NCBI GenBank assembly: GCA_032718475.1 | Contig: JAUCBJ010009150.1 | Location: 1-64,000, forward strand | Length of the DNA: 64,000 nucleotides | Source: Nemertoderma westbladi | Taxonomy: Eukaryota; Animalia; Xenacoelomorpha | Direction: 5' to 3' | In this document: positions 40,404 through 55,221 of the stretch, piece by piece | How the letters are laid out: each line of letters begins with the position of its first letter | Numbering within the stretch: the first letter of the stretch is position 1 | Notes under the pieces: generated by a model | Told to the model about the DNA's origin: nothing | The model's database searches: none | What the model saw: the letters and a program-made list of their open reading frames with translations, nothing else | Program-made: the position numbers and the translations under genes

Positions 40404-43347
40404 ATGAGATTTAAGGTATTTTTTCTTGAAAAAGCGAACATAACTTTTCTGAGTCCGTTTCTGTGACATTTAAAGAAAAGTTCACTTGTGATACTTCTTT
40501 TAGTGTTAAATTAACAGCAGATTCCAAATACAGTAACCGTTTTTACATATGATTTGTAGTTCTCGCGATATTTGGGTTCAAACACAACGTTTTTTGATAT
40601 TTTACGAAATTTAAGGTATTTTTTCTTGAAAAAGCATACATAACTATTCCCAGTCCGTTTCTGTAACATTTAGAGAAAAGTTAACTTGTGATACTTCTTT
40701 TAGTGTTAAATTAACAGCAGATTCCAAATACAGTAACCGTTTTTACATATGATTTGTAGTTCTCGCGATATTTGGGTTCAAACACAACGTTTTTTTATAT
40801 TTTACGAAATTTAAGGTATTTTTTCTTGAAAAAGCAAACATAACTATTCCCAGTCCGTTTCTGTAACATTTAGAGAAAAGTTAACTTGTGATACTTCTTT
40901 TAGTGTTAAATTAAACAGCAGATTCCAAATACAGTAACCGTTTTTACATATGATTTGTAGTTCTCGCGATATTTGGGTTCAAACACAATGTTTTTTGATA
41001 TTTTACGAAATTTAAGGTATTTTTTCTTGAAAAAGCAAACATAACTATTCCCAGTCCGTTTCTGTAACATTTAGAGAAAAGTTAACTTGTGATACTTCTT
41101 TTAGTGTTAAATTAACAGCAGATTCCAAATACAGTAACCGTTTTTACATATGATTTGTAGTTCTCGCGATATTTGTGTTCAAACACAACGTTTTTTTATA
41201 TTTTACGAAATTTAAGGTATTTTTTCTTGAAAAAGCAAACATAACTATTCCCAGTCCGTTTCTGTAACATTTAGAGAAAAGTTCACTTGTGATACTTCTT
41301 TTAGTGTTAAATTAACAGCAGATTCCAAATACAGTAACCGTTTTTACATATGATTTGTAGTTCTCGCGATATTTGGGTTCAAACACAATGTTTTTTGATA
41401 TTTTACGAAATTTAAGGTATTTTTTCTTGAAAAAGCAAACATAACTATTCCCAGTCCGTTTCTGTAACATTTAGAGAAAAGTTCACTTGTGATACTTCTT
41501 TTAGTGTTAAATTAACAGCAGATTCCAAATACAGTAACCGTTTTTACATATGATTTGTAGTTCTCGCGATATTTCGGTTTAAACACAACGTTTTTTGATA
41601 TTTTATGAAATTTAAGGTATTTTTTCTTGAAAAAGCAGACATAACTATTCCCAGTCCGTTTCTGTAACATTTAGAGAAAAGTTCACTTGTGATACTTCTT
41701 TTAGTGTTAAATTAACAGCAGATTCCAAATACAGTAACCGTTTTTACATATGATTTGTAGTTCTCGCGATATTTGGGTTCAAACACAACGTTTTTTTATA
41801 TTTTACGAAATTTAAGGGATTTTTTATTGAAAAAGCAGACCTAACTATTCCCAGTCCGTTTCTGTAACATTTAGAGAAAAGTTAACTTGTGATACTTCTT
41901 TTAGTGTTAAATTAACCGCCGATTCCAAATACAGTAACCGTTTTTACATATGATTTGTAGTTCTCGCGATATTGGGGTTCAAACACAATGTTTTTTTATA
42001 TTTTACGAAATTTAAGGTATTTTTTCTTGAAAAAGCAGACATAACTATTCCCAGTCCGTTTCTGTAACATTTAAAGAAAAGTTCACTTGTGATACTTCTT
42101 TTAGTGTTAAATTAACAGCAGATTCCAAATACAGTAACCGTTTTTACATATGATTTGTAGTTCTCGCGATATTGGGGTTCAAACACAACGTTTTTTTATA
42201 TTTTACGAAATTTAAGGTATTTTTTCTTGAAAAAGCAAACATAACTATTCCCAGTCCGTTTCTGTAACATTTAAAGAAAAGTTCACTTGTGATACTTCTT
42301 TTAGTGTTAAATTAACAGCAGATTCCAAATACAGTAACCGTTTTTACATATGATTTGTAGTTCTCGCGATATTGGGGTTCAAACACAACGTTTTTTTATA
42401 TTTTACGAAATTTAAGGTATTTTTTCTTGAAAAAGCAGACATAACTATTCCCAGTCCGTTTCTGTAACATTTAGAGAAAAGTTAACTTGTGATACTTCTT
42501 TTAGTGTTAAATTAACAGCAGATTCCAAATACAGTAACCGTTTTTACATATGATTTGTAGTTCTCGCGATATTTGGGTTCAAACACAACGTTTTTTTATA
42601 TTTTACGAAATTTAAGGGATTTTTTATTGAAAAAGCAGACCTAACTATTCCCAGTCCGTTTCTGTAACATTTAAAGAAAAGTTCACTTGTGATACTTCTT
42701 TTAGTGTTAAATTAACAGCAGATTCCAAATACAGTAACCGTTTTTACATATGATTTGTAGTTCTCGCGATATTGGGGTTCAAACACAACGTTTTTTTATA
42801 TTTTACGAAATTTAAGGTATTTTTTCTTGAAAAAGCAGACATAACTATTCCCAGTCCGTTTCTGTAACATTTAGAGAAAAGTTCACTTGTGATACTTCTT
42901 TTAGTGTTAAATTAACAGCAGATTCCAAATACAGTAACCGTTTTTACATATGATTTGTAGTTCTCGCGATATTGGGGTTCAAACACAACGTTTTTTTATA
43001 TTTTACGAAATTTAAGGTATTTTTTCTTGAAAAAGCAGACATAACTATTCCCAGTCCGTTTCTGTAACATTTAGAGAAAAGTTCCCTTGCGATACTTCTT
43101 TTAGTGTTAAATTAACAGCAGATTCCAAATACAGTAACCGTTTTTACATATGATTTGTAGTTCTCGCGATATTTGGGTTCAAACACAATGTTTTTTGATA
43201 TTTTACGAAATTTAAGGTATTTTTTCTTGAAAAAGCAAACATAACTATTCCCAGTCCGTTTCTGTAACATTTAGAGAAAAGTTAACTTGTGATACTTCTT
43301 TTAGTGTTAAATTAACAGCAGATTCCAAATACAGTAACCGTTTTTAC
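40404..43347. repeat. 200-bp satellite, ~14.7 copies
   Basis: Same monomer with more SNP variants. Confidence 0.95.
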
Positions 43348-43894
43348 TTAAATTGTAGATTTTGCAACAAAAATTAAAAAAAAATACGATTTGAGGGAAT
43401 CACAACAAAACTTTTTAAGTTTAAAACAACCGGTTATGTTAAACATAACGGTAACGTATAACGGCATAACGGTACCAAAAATAACTTCATTTTAATAACA
43501 AAATAAACGGATAAACAGATGAGTAACCAGAACCCGGTAGCACAAACATACAGATCAGTAACAGCAGTATCAACACCAGATTAGCACAAGACTTAATAAG
43601 TAAAATGAAAGCCGACTTCCACCACTGGGTACGAACCTATTGCTTAACGAAATGTCCCTATTTATAATCGAATATGGTGCGAGCCACAAAGTCTGTGAGC
43701 CATAGCATACAGTTGAATGTAGAGCATGAATGGGCCATTGTTAGTCCGTTGAATTGAGATTGAGAGGGAAAATCATATCATCAGCCAAAATGGAGCCTTC
43801 GCAAAACGTTTATCTAATGAACAATGTCTATTATTTGGCCTAGCTAGTACAACTGTATGCCACCGTTCACGGACCCCGCCAACCCACCGAGTCC

Positions 43895-44047
43895 CTACAG
43901 ATCTCCCTTGGGTTCCTCTTGGCCCTCGAAGTATCGTATCTTATCCTTGGGATTGGGGATTATGGTAGCGCTGCCCGGCTTCCAGTCGATCGGACAGACG
44001 TCCCCGTGCTGGTCCGTGTACTGGAAGGCCTGCACGAGACGCAGGGT
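43895..44047 (-). pseudogene. 2-Cys peroxiredoxin C-terminal fragment, copy 6
   Basis: Prx part identical to copy 1; three SNPs in the upstream non-Prx part. Confidence 0.9.
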
Positions 44048-45302
44048 CTGTAAGGGTCCGTAAGTCGTTCTCAACATTATTGTGGGAATCTGGGATGCCC
44101 AAGTTCGCATGGCGTGGGTTCGTGGATGCCATAGGACGCGTCCCGACCTGGAGAAAACAATTAAGTGAAAATACAAATGAACAGTGACATGTTATTTAAA
44201 AATCTCATATAATTAAATATCAATTAAACATCAATAAACACAAACACATATTTAATAATAAACAAACACACCAACACTTATATAGTGTAGGAATGAATAA
44301 TTACCCGTTGTAACAATAATTGCAAGCCAGACGTCCCAACACTTTAATAAATAATTCATTGCGAACGACTTGCTGGTAATGTTGTGAATAAACTGTAAAT
44401 CTAAACTCTAAATAATCAATTGTAATTAAACTTTAAACCAAAGCGATTTTAAATAAGAAACTTTGTTAAACGTAACTTATAATATATTTAGCTACTGAGG
44501 AGGCAGCGCTTATTATATATTGGTGTTGGTGTCTGTAATACAAAGCGAACAAATGTCTGGCCATTGACCTTGTGTCTTTGTGTGAAGCCGCGCTATCCAA
44601 TAATAAGACGGTATAACAATTATTGGTTGTTCAAGCAAAGGCAATGTATACGTTAATGTATAATAATATGTTGCTTGGCGTGGGTGGCTGAGGCCTTGGC
44701 CTTGGTTGGTTAGTTTCCAGGGTGATTGTTCTAGAATATTAAATTATTTACCTTGAGTGAACCAAACCAACCACCCACACAATGCTGAAGCACAGCGGTT
44801 GTATCCCAGCCGTCCAGCCCAGCCCGGCTGGCGCCTCCTACAACACAATGCAAGCAGCTCAGCTCAATATTGGTTGTAAAATTCTCTTGTAAATATTTTC
44901 CAACTCAATAAATAATTACACTTGAAATGCACTATAGAGGGGTGGGGAGGTGTTAGCGATGTCGACAGGCGATTCTAACTGTTTTTGGGGATCATTTCCT
45001 TAAAATATATTTTTTATGCTCTATCTCGTGGTGTCGGTTAGAACGCGCGAAAATGAAAATCGATGCTCATTTTTGAAAAAAATCGGAAGTTATTTCGATA
45101 AATTATGGCTAATTAACGGAAGGGCTTTTGTGTTGGCAATTTATTATTTAATACAGTTGAATATTTGGCTGAATTGAAGTTCATTAACCCGGATAATTAA
45201 ATTAAAATGACAAATTATTTCGGTAAATTATGGCTAATTTTGGGAAGGGCTTTTGGAATGGAAATCAAATTTAAATGAAAGGTGTTCTTAGGAGAATTTG
45301 AA

Positions 45303-45698
45303 TTAATAACGAGTGCCCTACATAACGGCGCAGTGCACTTAATAACGAGTGCACTACATAACGGCGCAGTGCACTTAATAACGAGTGCCCTACATAACAG
45401 CGCAGTGCACTTAATAACGAGTGCACTACATAACGGCGCAGTGCACTTAATAACGAGTGCCCTACATAACGGCGCAGTGCACTTAATAACGAGTGCACTA
45501 CATAACGGCGCAGTGCATTTAATAACTAGTGCCCTACATAACAGCGCATTGCACTTAATAACGAGTGCACTACATAACGGCGCAGTGCACTTAATAACGA
45601 GTGCACTACATAACGGCGCAGTGCACTTAATAACTAGTGCCCTACATAACAGCGCAGTGCACTTAATAACGAGTGCCCTACATAACGGCGCAGTGCAC
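45303..45698. repeat. 36-bp GTGCAC repeat, 11 copies
   Basis: Same variant order as the block at 30641. Confidence 0.95.
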
Positions 45699-45785
45699 TT
45701 TATAACGGTGCAGTGCACTTGATAAAGATGTAGTGCACTTCATAAAGGTGTTAGTAGTGCACTTCATAACGATGCAGTGCACTTA

Positions 45786-47698
45786 ATGTTATATGCTATA
45801 TTTCATGTTATATGCTATAGTACATGCTCTGCGATATGCTATATGGTATGGTATATGCTATGTTATGCTATATGCTATATTCTATAAGCTATATGTCATA
45901 TGTTATATGTTATGCTATATGCAATGTCATGCTATATGTTATGGTATATACAATGTTATATGCTATATGTTGTTATATGCTATAGTACATGCTAAGCTTA
46001 ATGCTATGCTATATGCAATTCTATATGCTATGCTATATGTTATATGCTATAGTACATGCTAAGCTAAATGCTATGCTATATGCAATTCTATATGCTATGC
46101 TATATGTTATATGCTATATGTTATGCTATATGCCACGTTATGCTATATGTCATATGCTATATGTTATATAGCCTATGCTATATGCTATATGTTATATGTT
46201 ATGCTATATGCAATGTCATGCTATATGTTATGGTATATACAATGTTATATGCTATATGTTGTTATATGCTATAGTACATGCTAAGCTTAATGCTATGCTA
46301 TATGTAATTCTATATGCTATGCTATATGTTATATGCTATAGTACATGCTAAGCTAAATGCTATGCTATATGCAATTCTATATGCTATGCTATATGTTATA
46401 TGCTATATGTTATGCTATATGCCACGTTATGCTATATGCTATGCTATATGCTGTAGGCTATGCTATCATATGTTATGGTATATACAATGTTATATGCTAT
46501 ATGTTGTTATATGCTATAGTACATGCTAAGCTATATGCTATGCTATATGCAATGCTATATGCTATGCTATATGTTATATGATATATGTTATGCTATATGC
46601 CACGTTATGATATATGCTATGCTATGCTATATGTCATATGCTATATGTTAAATGTTATGCTATATGCCATGTTATGTTATATGCTATAGTACATGCTAAG
46701 CTATATGCTCTATGCTATGCTATATGCTATATATCATATGCTATATGCTATGGCACATCCTATGCTATATGCTATATATCATATGCTATGCTATGCTATG
46801 CTATACTATGCTATGGTGTGCTATGCTATGCTATGCTATGCTATTCTATGATATGCTATGCCATGCTATGCTATGCTATACTATGCTATATGCTATGGTA
46901 CATCCTATGCTATATGCTATATGCAATATATCATATGCTATGCTATGCTATGCTATGCTATGCTATGCTATACTATACTATACTATGTTATGCTATGCTA
47001 TGCTATGCTATGCTATGCTATGTTAAGCTATGATATGCTATGTTATGCTATGCTATGCTGTTCTATGATATGCTATGCTATGCTATGCTATATGCTATGG
47101 TACATCCTATGCTATATGCTATATGCAATATATCATATGCTATGCTATGCTATGCTATGCTATGCTATGCTATGCTATGCTATACTATACTATGCTATGC
47201 TATGCTATGCTATGCTATGCTATTCTATGATATGCTATGCTATGCTATATGCTATGGTACATCCTATGCTATATGCTATATGCAATATATCATATGCTAT
47301 GCTATGCTATGCTATGCTATGCTATACTATGCTATACTATGTTATGCTATGCTATGCTATGCTATGCTATGCTATGCTATGCTATGCTATGCTATGCTAT
47401 GCTATGCTATGCTATGCTATGTTAAGCTATGCTATGCTATGCTGTTCTATGATATGCTATGATATGCTATGCTATGCTATGCTATATGCTATGGTTCATC
47501 CTATGCTATATGCTATATGCAATATATCATATGCTATGCTATGCTATGCTATGCTATGCTATGCTATGCTATGCTATGATATGCTATGCTATGCTATGCT
47601 ATGCTATGCTATGCTATGCTATGCTATGCTATTGTATGCTATGATATGCTATGCTATGCTATGTTAAGCTATGATATGCTATGTTATGCTATGCTATG
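45786..47698. repeat. Compound TATGC microsatellite, long form
   Basis: Near copy of the block at 31124. Confidence 0.95.
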
Positions 47699-48547
47699 TT
47701 TGTCAAAATGACATTTTGACATGTCATTTTGCAAAAATGTCACTTTCAAATTGACAGTTTGACATGTCATTTTGTCAAAATGTCACTTTCAAATTGACAT
47801 TTTGACATGTCATTTTGCCAAATGTCATTTTCAAGTTGACATTTTGACATGTAATTTTGCCAAAATGTCACTTTCGAATTGACATTTTCACATGTCATTT
47901 TGCCAAAATGTCAATGTGTCAATATGTCACTTTCAAATTGACAGTTTGACATGTCATTTTGTAAAATGTCACTTTCAAATTGACATTTTGACATGTTATT
48001 TCGCCAAAATGTCACTTTCAAATTGACATTTTGACATGTCAATTTGCCAAAATGTCATTTTCAAGTTGACATTTTGACATGTCATTTTGTCAAAATGTCA
48101 TTTTCAAATTGACATTTTGACATGTCATTTTGTCAAAATGTCATTTTCAAATTGACATTTTGACATGTCATTTTGCCAAAATGTCACTTTCGAATTGACA
48201 TTTTCACATGTCATTTTGCCAAAATGTCAATGTGTCAATATGTCACTTTCAAATTGACAGTTTGACATGTCATTTTGTAAAATGTCACTTTCAAATTGAC
48301 ATTTTGACATGTCATTTCGCCAAAATGTCACTTTCAAATTGACATTTTGACATGTCATTTTGCCAAAATGTCATTTTCAAGTTGACATTTTGACATGTAA
48401 TTTTCCCCCAAAATGTCACTTTCGAATTGACATTTTCACATGTCATTTTGCCAAAATGTCAATGTGTCAATATGTCACTTTCAAATTGACAGTTTGACAT
48501 GTCATTTTGTCAAAATGTCATTTTCAAATTGACATTTTGACATGTCA
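47699..48547. repeat. 43-bp TGACA minisatellite
   Basis: Same monomer and same length as the block at 33009. Confidence 0.95.
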
Positions 48548-48553
48548 TATTTT

Positions 48554-50498
48554 ATGAGATTTAAGGTATTTTTTCTTGAAAAAGCGAACATAACTTTTCT
48601 GAGTCCGTTTCTGTGACATTTAAAGAAAAGTTCACTTGTGATACTTCTTTTAGTGTTAAATTAACAGCAGATTCCAAATACAGTAACCGTTTTTACATAT
48701 GATTTGTAGTTCTCGCGATATTTGGGTTCAAACACAACGTTTTTTGATATTTTACGAAATTTAAGGTATTTTTTCTTGAAAAAGCATACATAACTATTCC
48801 CAGTCCGTTTCTGTAACATTTAGAGAAAAGTTAACTTGTGATACTTCTTTTAGTGTTAAATTAACAGCAGATTCCAAATACAGTAACCGTTTTTACATAT
48901 GATTTGTAGTTCTCGCGATATTTGGGTTCAAACACAACGTTTTTTTATATTTTACGAAATTTAAGGTATTTTTTCTTGAAAAAGCAAACATAACTATTCC
49001 CAGTCCGTTTCTGTAACATTTAGAGAAAAGTTAACTTGTGATACTTCTTTTAGTGTTAAATTAACAGCAGATTCCAAATACAGTAACCGTTTTTACATAT
49101 GATTTGTAGTTCTCGCGATATTTGGGTTCAAACACAATGTTTTTTGATATTTTACGAAATTTAAGGTATTTTTTCTTGAAAAAGCAAACATAACTATTCC
49201 CAGTCCGTTTCTGTAACATTTAGAGAAAAGTTAACTTGTGATACTTCTTTTAGTGTTAAATTAACAGCAGATTCCAAATACAGTAACCGTTTTTACATAT
49301 GATTTGTAGTTCTCGCGATATTTGGGTTCAAACACAACGTTTTTTGATATTTTACGAAATTTAAGGTATTTTTTCTTGAAAAAGCATACATAACTATTCC
49401 CAGTCCGTTTCTGTAACATTTAGAGAAAAGTTAACTTGTGATACTTCTTTTAGTGTTAAATTAACAGCAGATTCCAAATACAGTAACCGTTTTTACATAT
49501 GATTTGTAGTTCTCGCGATATTTGGGTTCAAACACAACGTTTTTTGATATTTTACGAAATTTAAGGTATTTTTTCTTGAAAAAGCAAACATAACTATTCC
49601 CAGTCCGTTTCTGTAACATTTAGAGAAAAGTTCACTTGTGATACTTCTTTTAGTGTTAAATTAACAGCAGATTCCAAATACAGTAACCGTTTTTACATAT
49701 GATTTGTAGTTCTCGCGATATTTGGGTTCAAACACAACGTTTTTTGATATTTTACGAAATTTAAGGTATTTTTTCTTGAAAAAGCAAACATAACTATTCC
49801 CAGTCCGTTTCTGTAACATTTAGAGAAAAGTTAACTTGTGATACTTCTTTTAGTGTTAAATTAACAGCAGATTCCAAATACAGTAACCGTTTTTACATAT
49901 GATTTGTAGTTCTCGCGATATTTGGGTTCAAACACAACGTTTTTTTATATTTTACGAAATTTAAGGTATTTTTCTTCTTGAAAAAGCAAACATAACTATT
50001 CCCAGTCCGTTTCTGTAACATTTAGAGAAAAGTTAACTTGTGATACTTCTTTTAGTGTTAAATTAACCGCAGATTCCAAATACAGTAACCGTTTTTACAT
50101 ATGATTTGTAGTTCTCGCGATATTTGGGTTCAAACACAACGTTTTTTGATATTTTACGAAATTTAAGGTATTTTTTCTTGAAAAAGCAAACATAACTATT
50201 CCCAGTCCGTTTCTGTAACATTTAGAGAAAAGTTAACTTGTGATACTTCTTTTAGTGTTAAATTAACCGCAGATTCCAAATACAGTAACCGTTTTTACAT
50301 ATGATTTGTAGTTCTCGCGATATTTGGGTTCAAACACAACGTTTTTTGATATTTTACGAAATTTAAGGTATTTTTTCTTGAAAAAGCAAACATAACTATT
50401 CCCAGTCCGTTTCTGTAACATTTAGAGAAAAGTTAACTTGTGATACTTCTTTTAGTGTTAAATTAACCGCAGATTCCAAATACAGTAACCGTTTTTAC
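48554..50498. repeat. 200-bp satellite, ~9.7 copies
   Basis: Same monomer. Confidence 0.95.
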
Positions 50499-50994
50499 TT
50501 AAATTGTAGATTTTGCAACAAAAATTAAAAAAAAATACGATTTGAGGGAATCACAACAAAACTTTTTAAGTTTAAAACAACCGGTTATGTTAAACATAAC
50601 GGTAACGTATAACGGCATAACGGTACCAAAAATAACTTCATTTTAATAACAAAATAAACGGATAAACAGATGAGTAACCAGAACCCGGTAGCACAAACAT
50701 ACAGATCAGTAACAGCAGTATCAACACCAGATTAGCACAAGACTTAATAAGTAAAATGAAAGCCGACTTCCACCACTGGGTACGAACCTATTGCTTAACG
50801 AAATGTCCCTATTTATAATCGAATATGGTGCGAGCCACAAAGTCTGTGAGCCATAGCATATAGTTGAATGTAGAGCATGCATGGGCCATTGTTAGTCCGT
50901 TGAATTGAGATTTAGAGGGAAAATCATATCATTAGCCAAAATGGAGCCTTCGCAAAACGTTTATCTAATGAACAATGTCTATTATTTGGCCTAG

Positions 50995-51198
50995 CTAGTA
51001 CAACTGTATGCCACCGTTCACGGACCCCGCCAACCCACCGAGTCCATACAGATCTCCCTTGGGTTCCTCTTGGCCCTCGAAGTATCGTATCTTATCCTTG
51101 GGATTGGGGATTATGGTAGCGCTGCCCGGCTTCCAGTCGATCGGACAGACGTCCCCGTGCTGGTCCGTGTACTGGAAGGCCTGCACGAGACGCAGGGT
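50995..51198 (-). pseudogene. 2-Cys peroxiredoxin C-terminal fragment, copy 7, stop-loss variant (+17 aa)
   Basis: TAG>TAT extends the tail by [17 protein letters not shown]. Confidence 0.9.
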
Positions 51199-52540
51199 CT
51201 GTAAGGGTCCGTAAGTCGTTCTCAACATTATTGTGGGAATCTGGGAAGCCCAAGTTCGCACGGCGTGGGTTCGTGGATGCCATAGCACGCGTCCCGACCT
51301 GGAGAAAACAATTAAGTGAAAATACAAATGAACAGTGACAAGTTATTTAAAAATCTCATATAATTAAATGTCAATTAAACATCAATAAACACAAACACAT
51401 ATTTAATAATAAACAAACACACCAACACTTATATAATGTTGGAATGAATAATTACCCGTTGTAACAATAATTGCAAGCCAGACGTCCCAACACTTTAATA
51501 AATAATTCATTGCGAACGACTTGCTGGTAATGTTGTGAATAAACAGTAAATCTAAACTCTAAATAATCAATTGTAATTAAACTTTAAACCAAAGCGATTT
51601 TAAATAAGAAACTTTGTTAAACGTAACTTATAATATATTCAGCTACTGAGGAAGCAGCGCTTATTATATATTGGTGTTGGTGTCTGTAATACAAAGCGAA
51701 CAAATGTCTGGCCATTGACCTTGTGTCTTTGTGTGAAGCCGCGCTATCCAATAATAAGACGGTATAACAATTATTGGTTGTTCAAGCAAAGGCAATGTAT
51801 ACGTTAATGTATAATAATATGTTGCTTGGCGTGGGTGGCTGAGGCCTTGGCCTTGGTTGGTTAGTTTCCAGGGTGATATGTTCTAGAATATTAAATTATT
51901 TACCTTGAGTGAACCAAACCAACCACCCACACAATGCTGAAGCACAGCCATTGTATCCCAGCCGTCCAGCCCAGCCCGGCTGGCGCCTCCTACAACACAA
52001 TGCAAGCAGCTCAGCTCAATATTGCTTGAAAATTCTCTTGTAAATATTTTCCAACTCAATAAATAATTACACTTGAAATGCACTATAGAGGGGTGGTGAG
52101 GTGTTAGCGGTGTCGCCAGGCGATTCTAACTGTTTTTGGGGATCATTTCCTTAAAATATATTTTTTATGCTCTATCTCGTGGTGTCGGTTAGAACGCGCG
52201 AAAATGAAAATCGATGGTCAATTTTGAAAAAAATCGGAAGTTATTTCGATAAATTATGGCTAATTTTGGGAAGGGCTTTTGGTTGGCAATTTATTATTTA
52301 ATACAGTTGAATATTTGGCTGAATTGAAGTTCATTAACCCGGGTAATTAAATTTAAATGACAAGTTATTTCGGTAAATTGATGGCTAATTTTGGGAAGGG
52401 CTTTTGTGTTGGCAATTTATTATTTAATACAGTTGAATATTTGGCTGAATTGAAGTTCATTAACCCGGGTAATTAAATTGAAATAACAAGTTATTTTGTC
52501 GCATTCATGCATTCATTCATTTTGTCACACATGTCAGTTA

Positions 52541-53770
52541 AAATGTCACATTCGAATTGACATTTTGACATGTCATTTTGCCAAAATGTCAATGAGTCAA
52601 TATGTCACTTTCAAATTGACAGTTTGACATGTTATTTTGTCAAAATGTCAATGTGTCAATATGTCACTTTCAAATTGACAGTTTGACATGTCATTTTGTA
52701 AAATGTCACTTTCAAATTGACATTTTGACATGTCATTTTGCCAAAATGTCATTTTCATGTTGACATTTTGACATGTCATTTGCCAAAATGTCAATGTGTC
52801 AATATGTCACATTCAAATTGACAGTTTGACATGTCATTTTGTAAAATGTCACTTTCAAATTGACATTTTGACATGTCATTTTGCCAAAATGTCATTTTCA
52901 AGTTGACATTTTGACATGTCATTTGCCAAAATGTCAATATGTGAATATGCCACTTTCAAATTGACAGTTTGACATGTCATTTTGTCAAAATGTCACTTTC
53001 AAATTGACAGTTTGACATGTCATTTTGTCAAAATGTCACTTTCAAATTGACATTTTGACATGTCATTTTGCCAAATGTCATTTTCAAGTTGACATTTTGA
53101 CATGTAATTTTGCCAAAATGTCACTTTCGAATTGACATTTTGACATGTCATTTTGCCAAAATGTCAATGTGTCAATATGTCACTTTCAAATTGACAGTTT
53201 GACATGTCATTTTGTCAAAATGTCACTTTCAAATTGACATTTTGACATGTCAATTTGCCAAAATGTCACTTTCGAATTGACATTTTGACATGTCATTTTG
53301 CCAAAATGTCACTTTCAAATTGACAGTTTGACATGTCATTTTGTCAAAATGTCACTTTCAAATTGACATTTTGACATGTCATTTTGCCAAATGTCATTTT
53401 CAAGTTGACATTTTGACATGTAATTTTGCCAAAATGTCACTTTCGAATTGACATTTTCACATGTCATTTTGCCAAAATGTCAATGTGTCAATATGTCACT
53501 TTCAAATTGACAGTTTGACATGTCATTTTGTCAAAATGTCACTTTCAAATTGACATTTTGACATGTCATTTTGCTAAAATGTCACTTTCAAATTGACATT
53601 TTGACATGTCATTTTGCCAAAATTTCATTTTCAAGTTGACATTTTGACATTTGTCATTTTGTCAAAATGTCATTTTCAAATTGACATTTTGACATGTCAT
53701 TTTGCCAAAATGTCATTTTCAAGTATACATTTTGACATGTCATTTTGTCAAAATGTCATATGACCTGTCA
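52541..53770. repeat. 43-bp TGACA minisatellite
   Basis: Same monomer. Confidence 0.95.
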
Positions 53771-53776
53771 TATTTT

Positions 53777-54521
53777 ATGAGATTTAAGGTATTTTTTCTT
53801 GAAAAAGCGAACGTAACTTTTCTGAGTCCGTTTCTGTAACATTTAGAGAAAAGTTCACTTGTGATCCTTCTTTTAGTGTTAAATTAACAGCAGATTCCAA
53901 ATACAGTAACCGTTTTTACATATGATTTGTAGTTCTCGCGATATTTGGGTTCAAACACAACGTTTTTTGATATTTTACGAAATTTAAGGTATTTTTTCTT
54001 GAAAAAGCAGACATAACTATTCCCAGTCCGTTTCTGTAACATTTAGAGAAAAGTTCACTTGTGATACTTCTTTTAGTGTTAAATTAACAGCAGATTCCAA
54101 ATACAGTAACCGTTTTTACATATGATTTGTAGTTCTCGCGATATTTGGGTTCAAACACAACGTTTTTTGATATTTTACGAAATTTAAGGTATTTTTCTTC
54201 TTGAAAAAGCATACATAACTATTCCCAGTCCGTTTCTGTAACATTTAGAGAAAAGTTCACTTGTGATACTTCTTTTAGTGTTAAATTAACCGCAGATTCC
54301 AAATACAGTAACCGTTTTTACATATGATTTGTAGTTCTCGCGATATTTGGGTTCAAACACAACGTTTTTTGATATTTTACGAAATTTAAGGTATTTTTTC
54401 TTGAAAAAGCAAACATAACTATTCCCAGTCCGTTTCTGTAACATTTAGAGAAAAGTTCACTTGTGATACTTCTTTTAGTGTTAAATTAACCGCAGATTCC
54501 AAATACAGTAACCGTTTTTAC
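53777..54521. repeat. 200-bp satellite, ~3.7 copies
   Basis: Same monomer. Confidence 0.95.
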
Positions 54522-55017
54522 TTAAATTGTAGATTTTGCAACAAAAATTAAAAAAAAATACGATTTGAGGGAATCACAACAAAACTTTTTAAGTTTAAAA
54601 CAACCGGTTATGTTAAACATAACGGTAACGTATAACGGCATAACGGTACCAAAAATAACTTCATTTTAATAACAAAATAAACGGATAAACAGATGAGTAA
54701 CCAGAACCCGGTAGCACAAACATACAGATCAGTAACAGCAGTATCAACACCAGATTAGCACAAGACTTAATAAGTAAAATGAAAGCCGACTTCCACCACT
54801 GGGTACGAACCTATTGCTTAACGAAATGTCCCTATTTATAATCGAATATGGTGCGAGCCACAAAGTCTGTGAGCCATAGCATATAGTTGAATGTAGAGCA
54901 TGCATGGGCCATTGTCAGTCCGTTGAATTGAGATTTAGAGGGAAAATCATATCATTAGCCAAAATGGAGCCTTCGCAAAACGTTTATCTAATGAACAATG
55001 TCTATTATTTGGCCTAG

Positions 55018-55221
55018 CTAGTACAACTGTATGCCACCGTTCACGGACCCCGCCAACCCACCGAGTCCATACAGATCTCCCTTGGGTTCCTCTTGGCCCT
55101 CGAAGTATCGTATCTTATCCTTGGGATTGGGGATTATGGTAGCGCTGCCCGGCTTCCAGTCGATCGGACAGACGTCCCCGTGCTGGTCCGTGTACTGGAA
55201 GGCCTGCACGAGACGCAGGGT
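55018..55221 (-). pseudogene. 2-Cys peroxiredoxin C-terminal fragment, copy 8, stop-loss variant
   Basis: Same TAG>TAT allele as copy 7. Confidence 0.9.
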
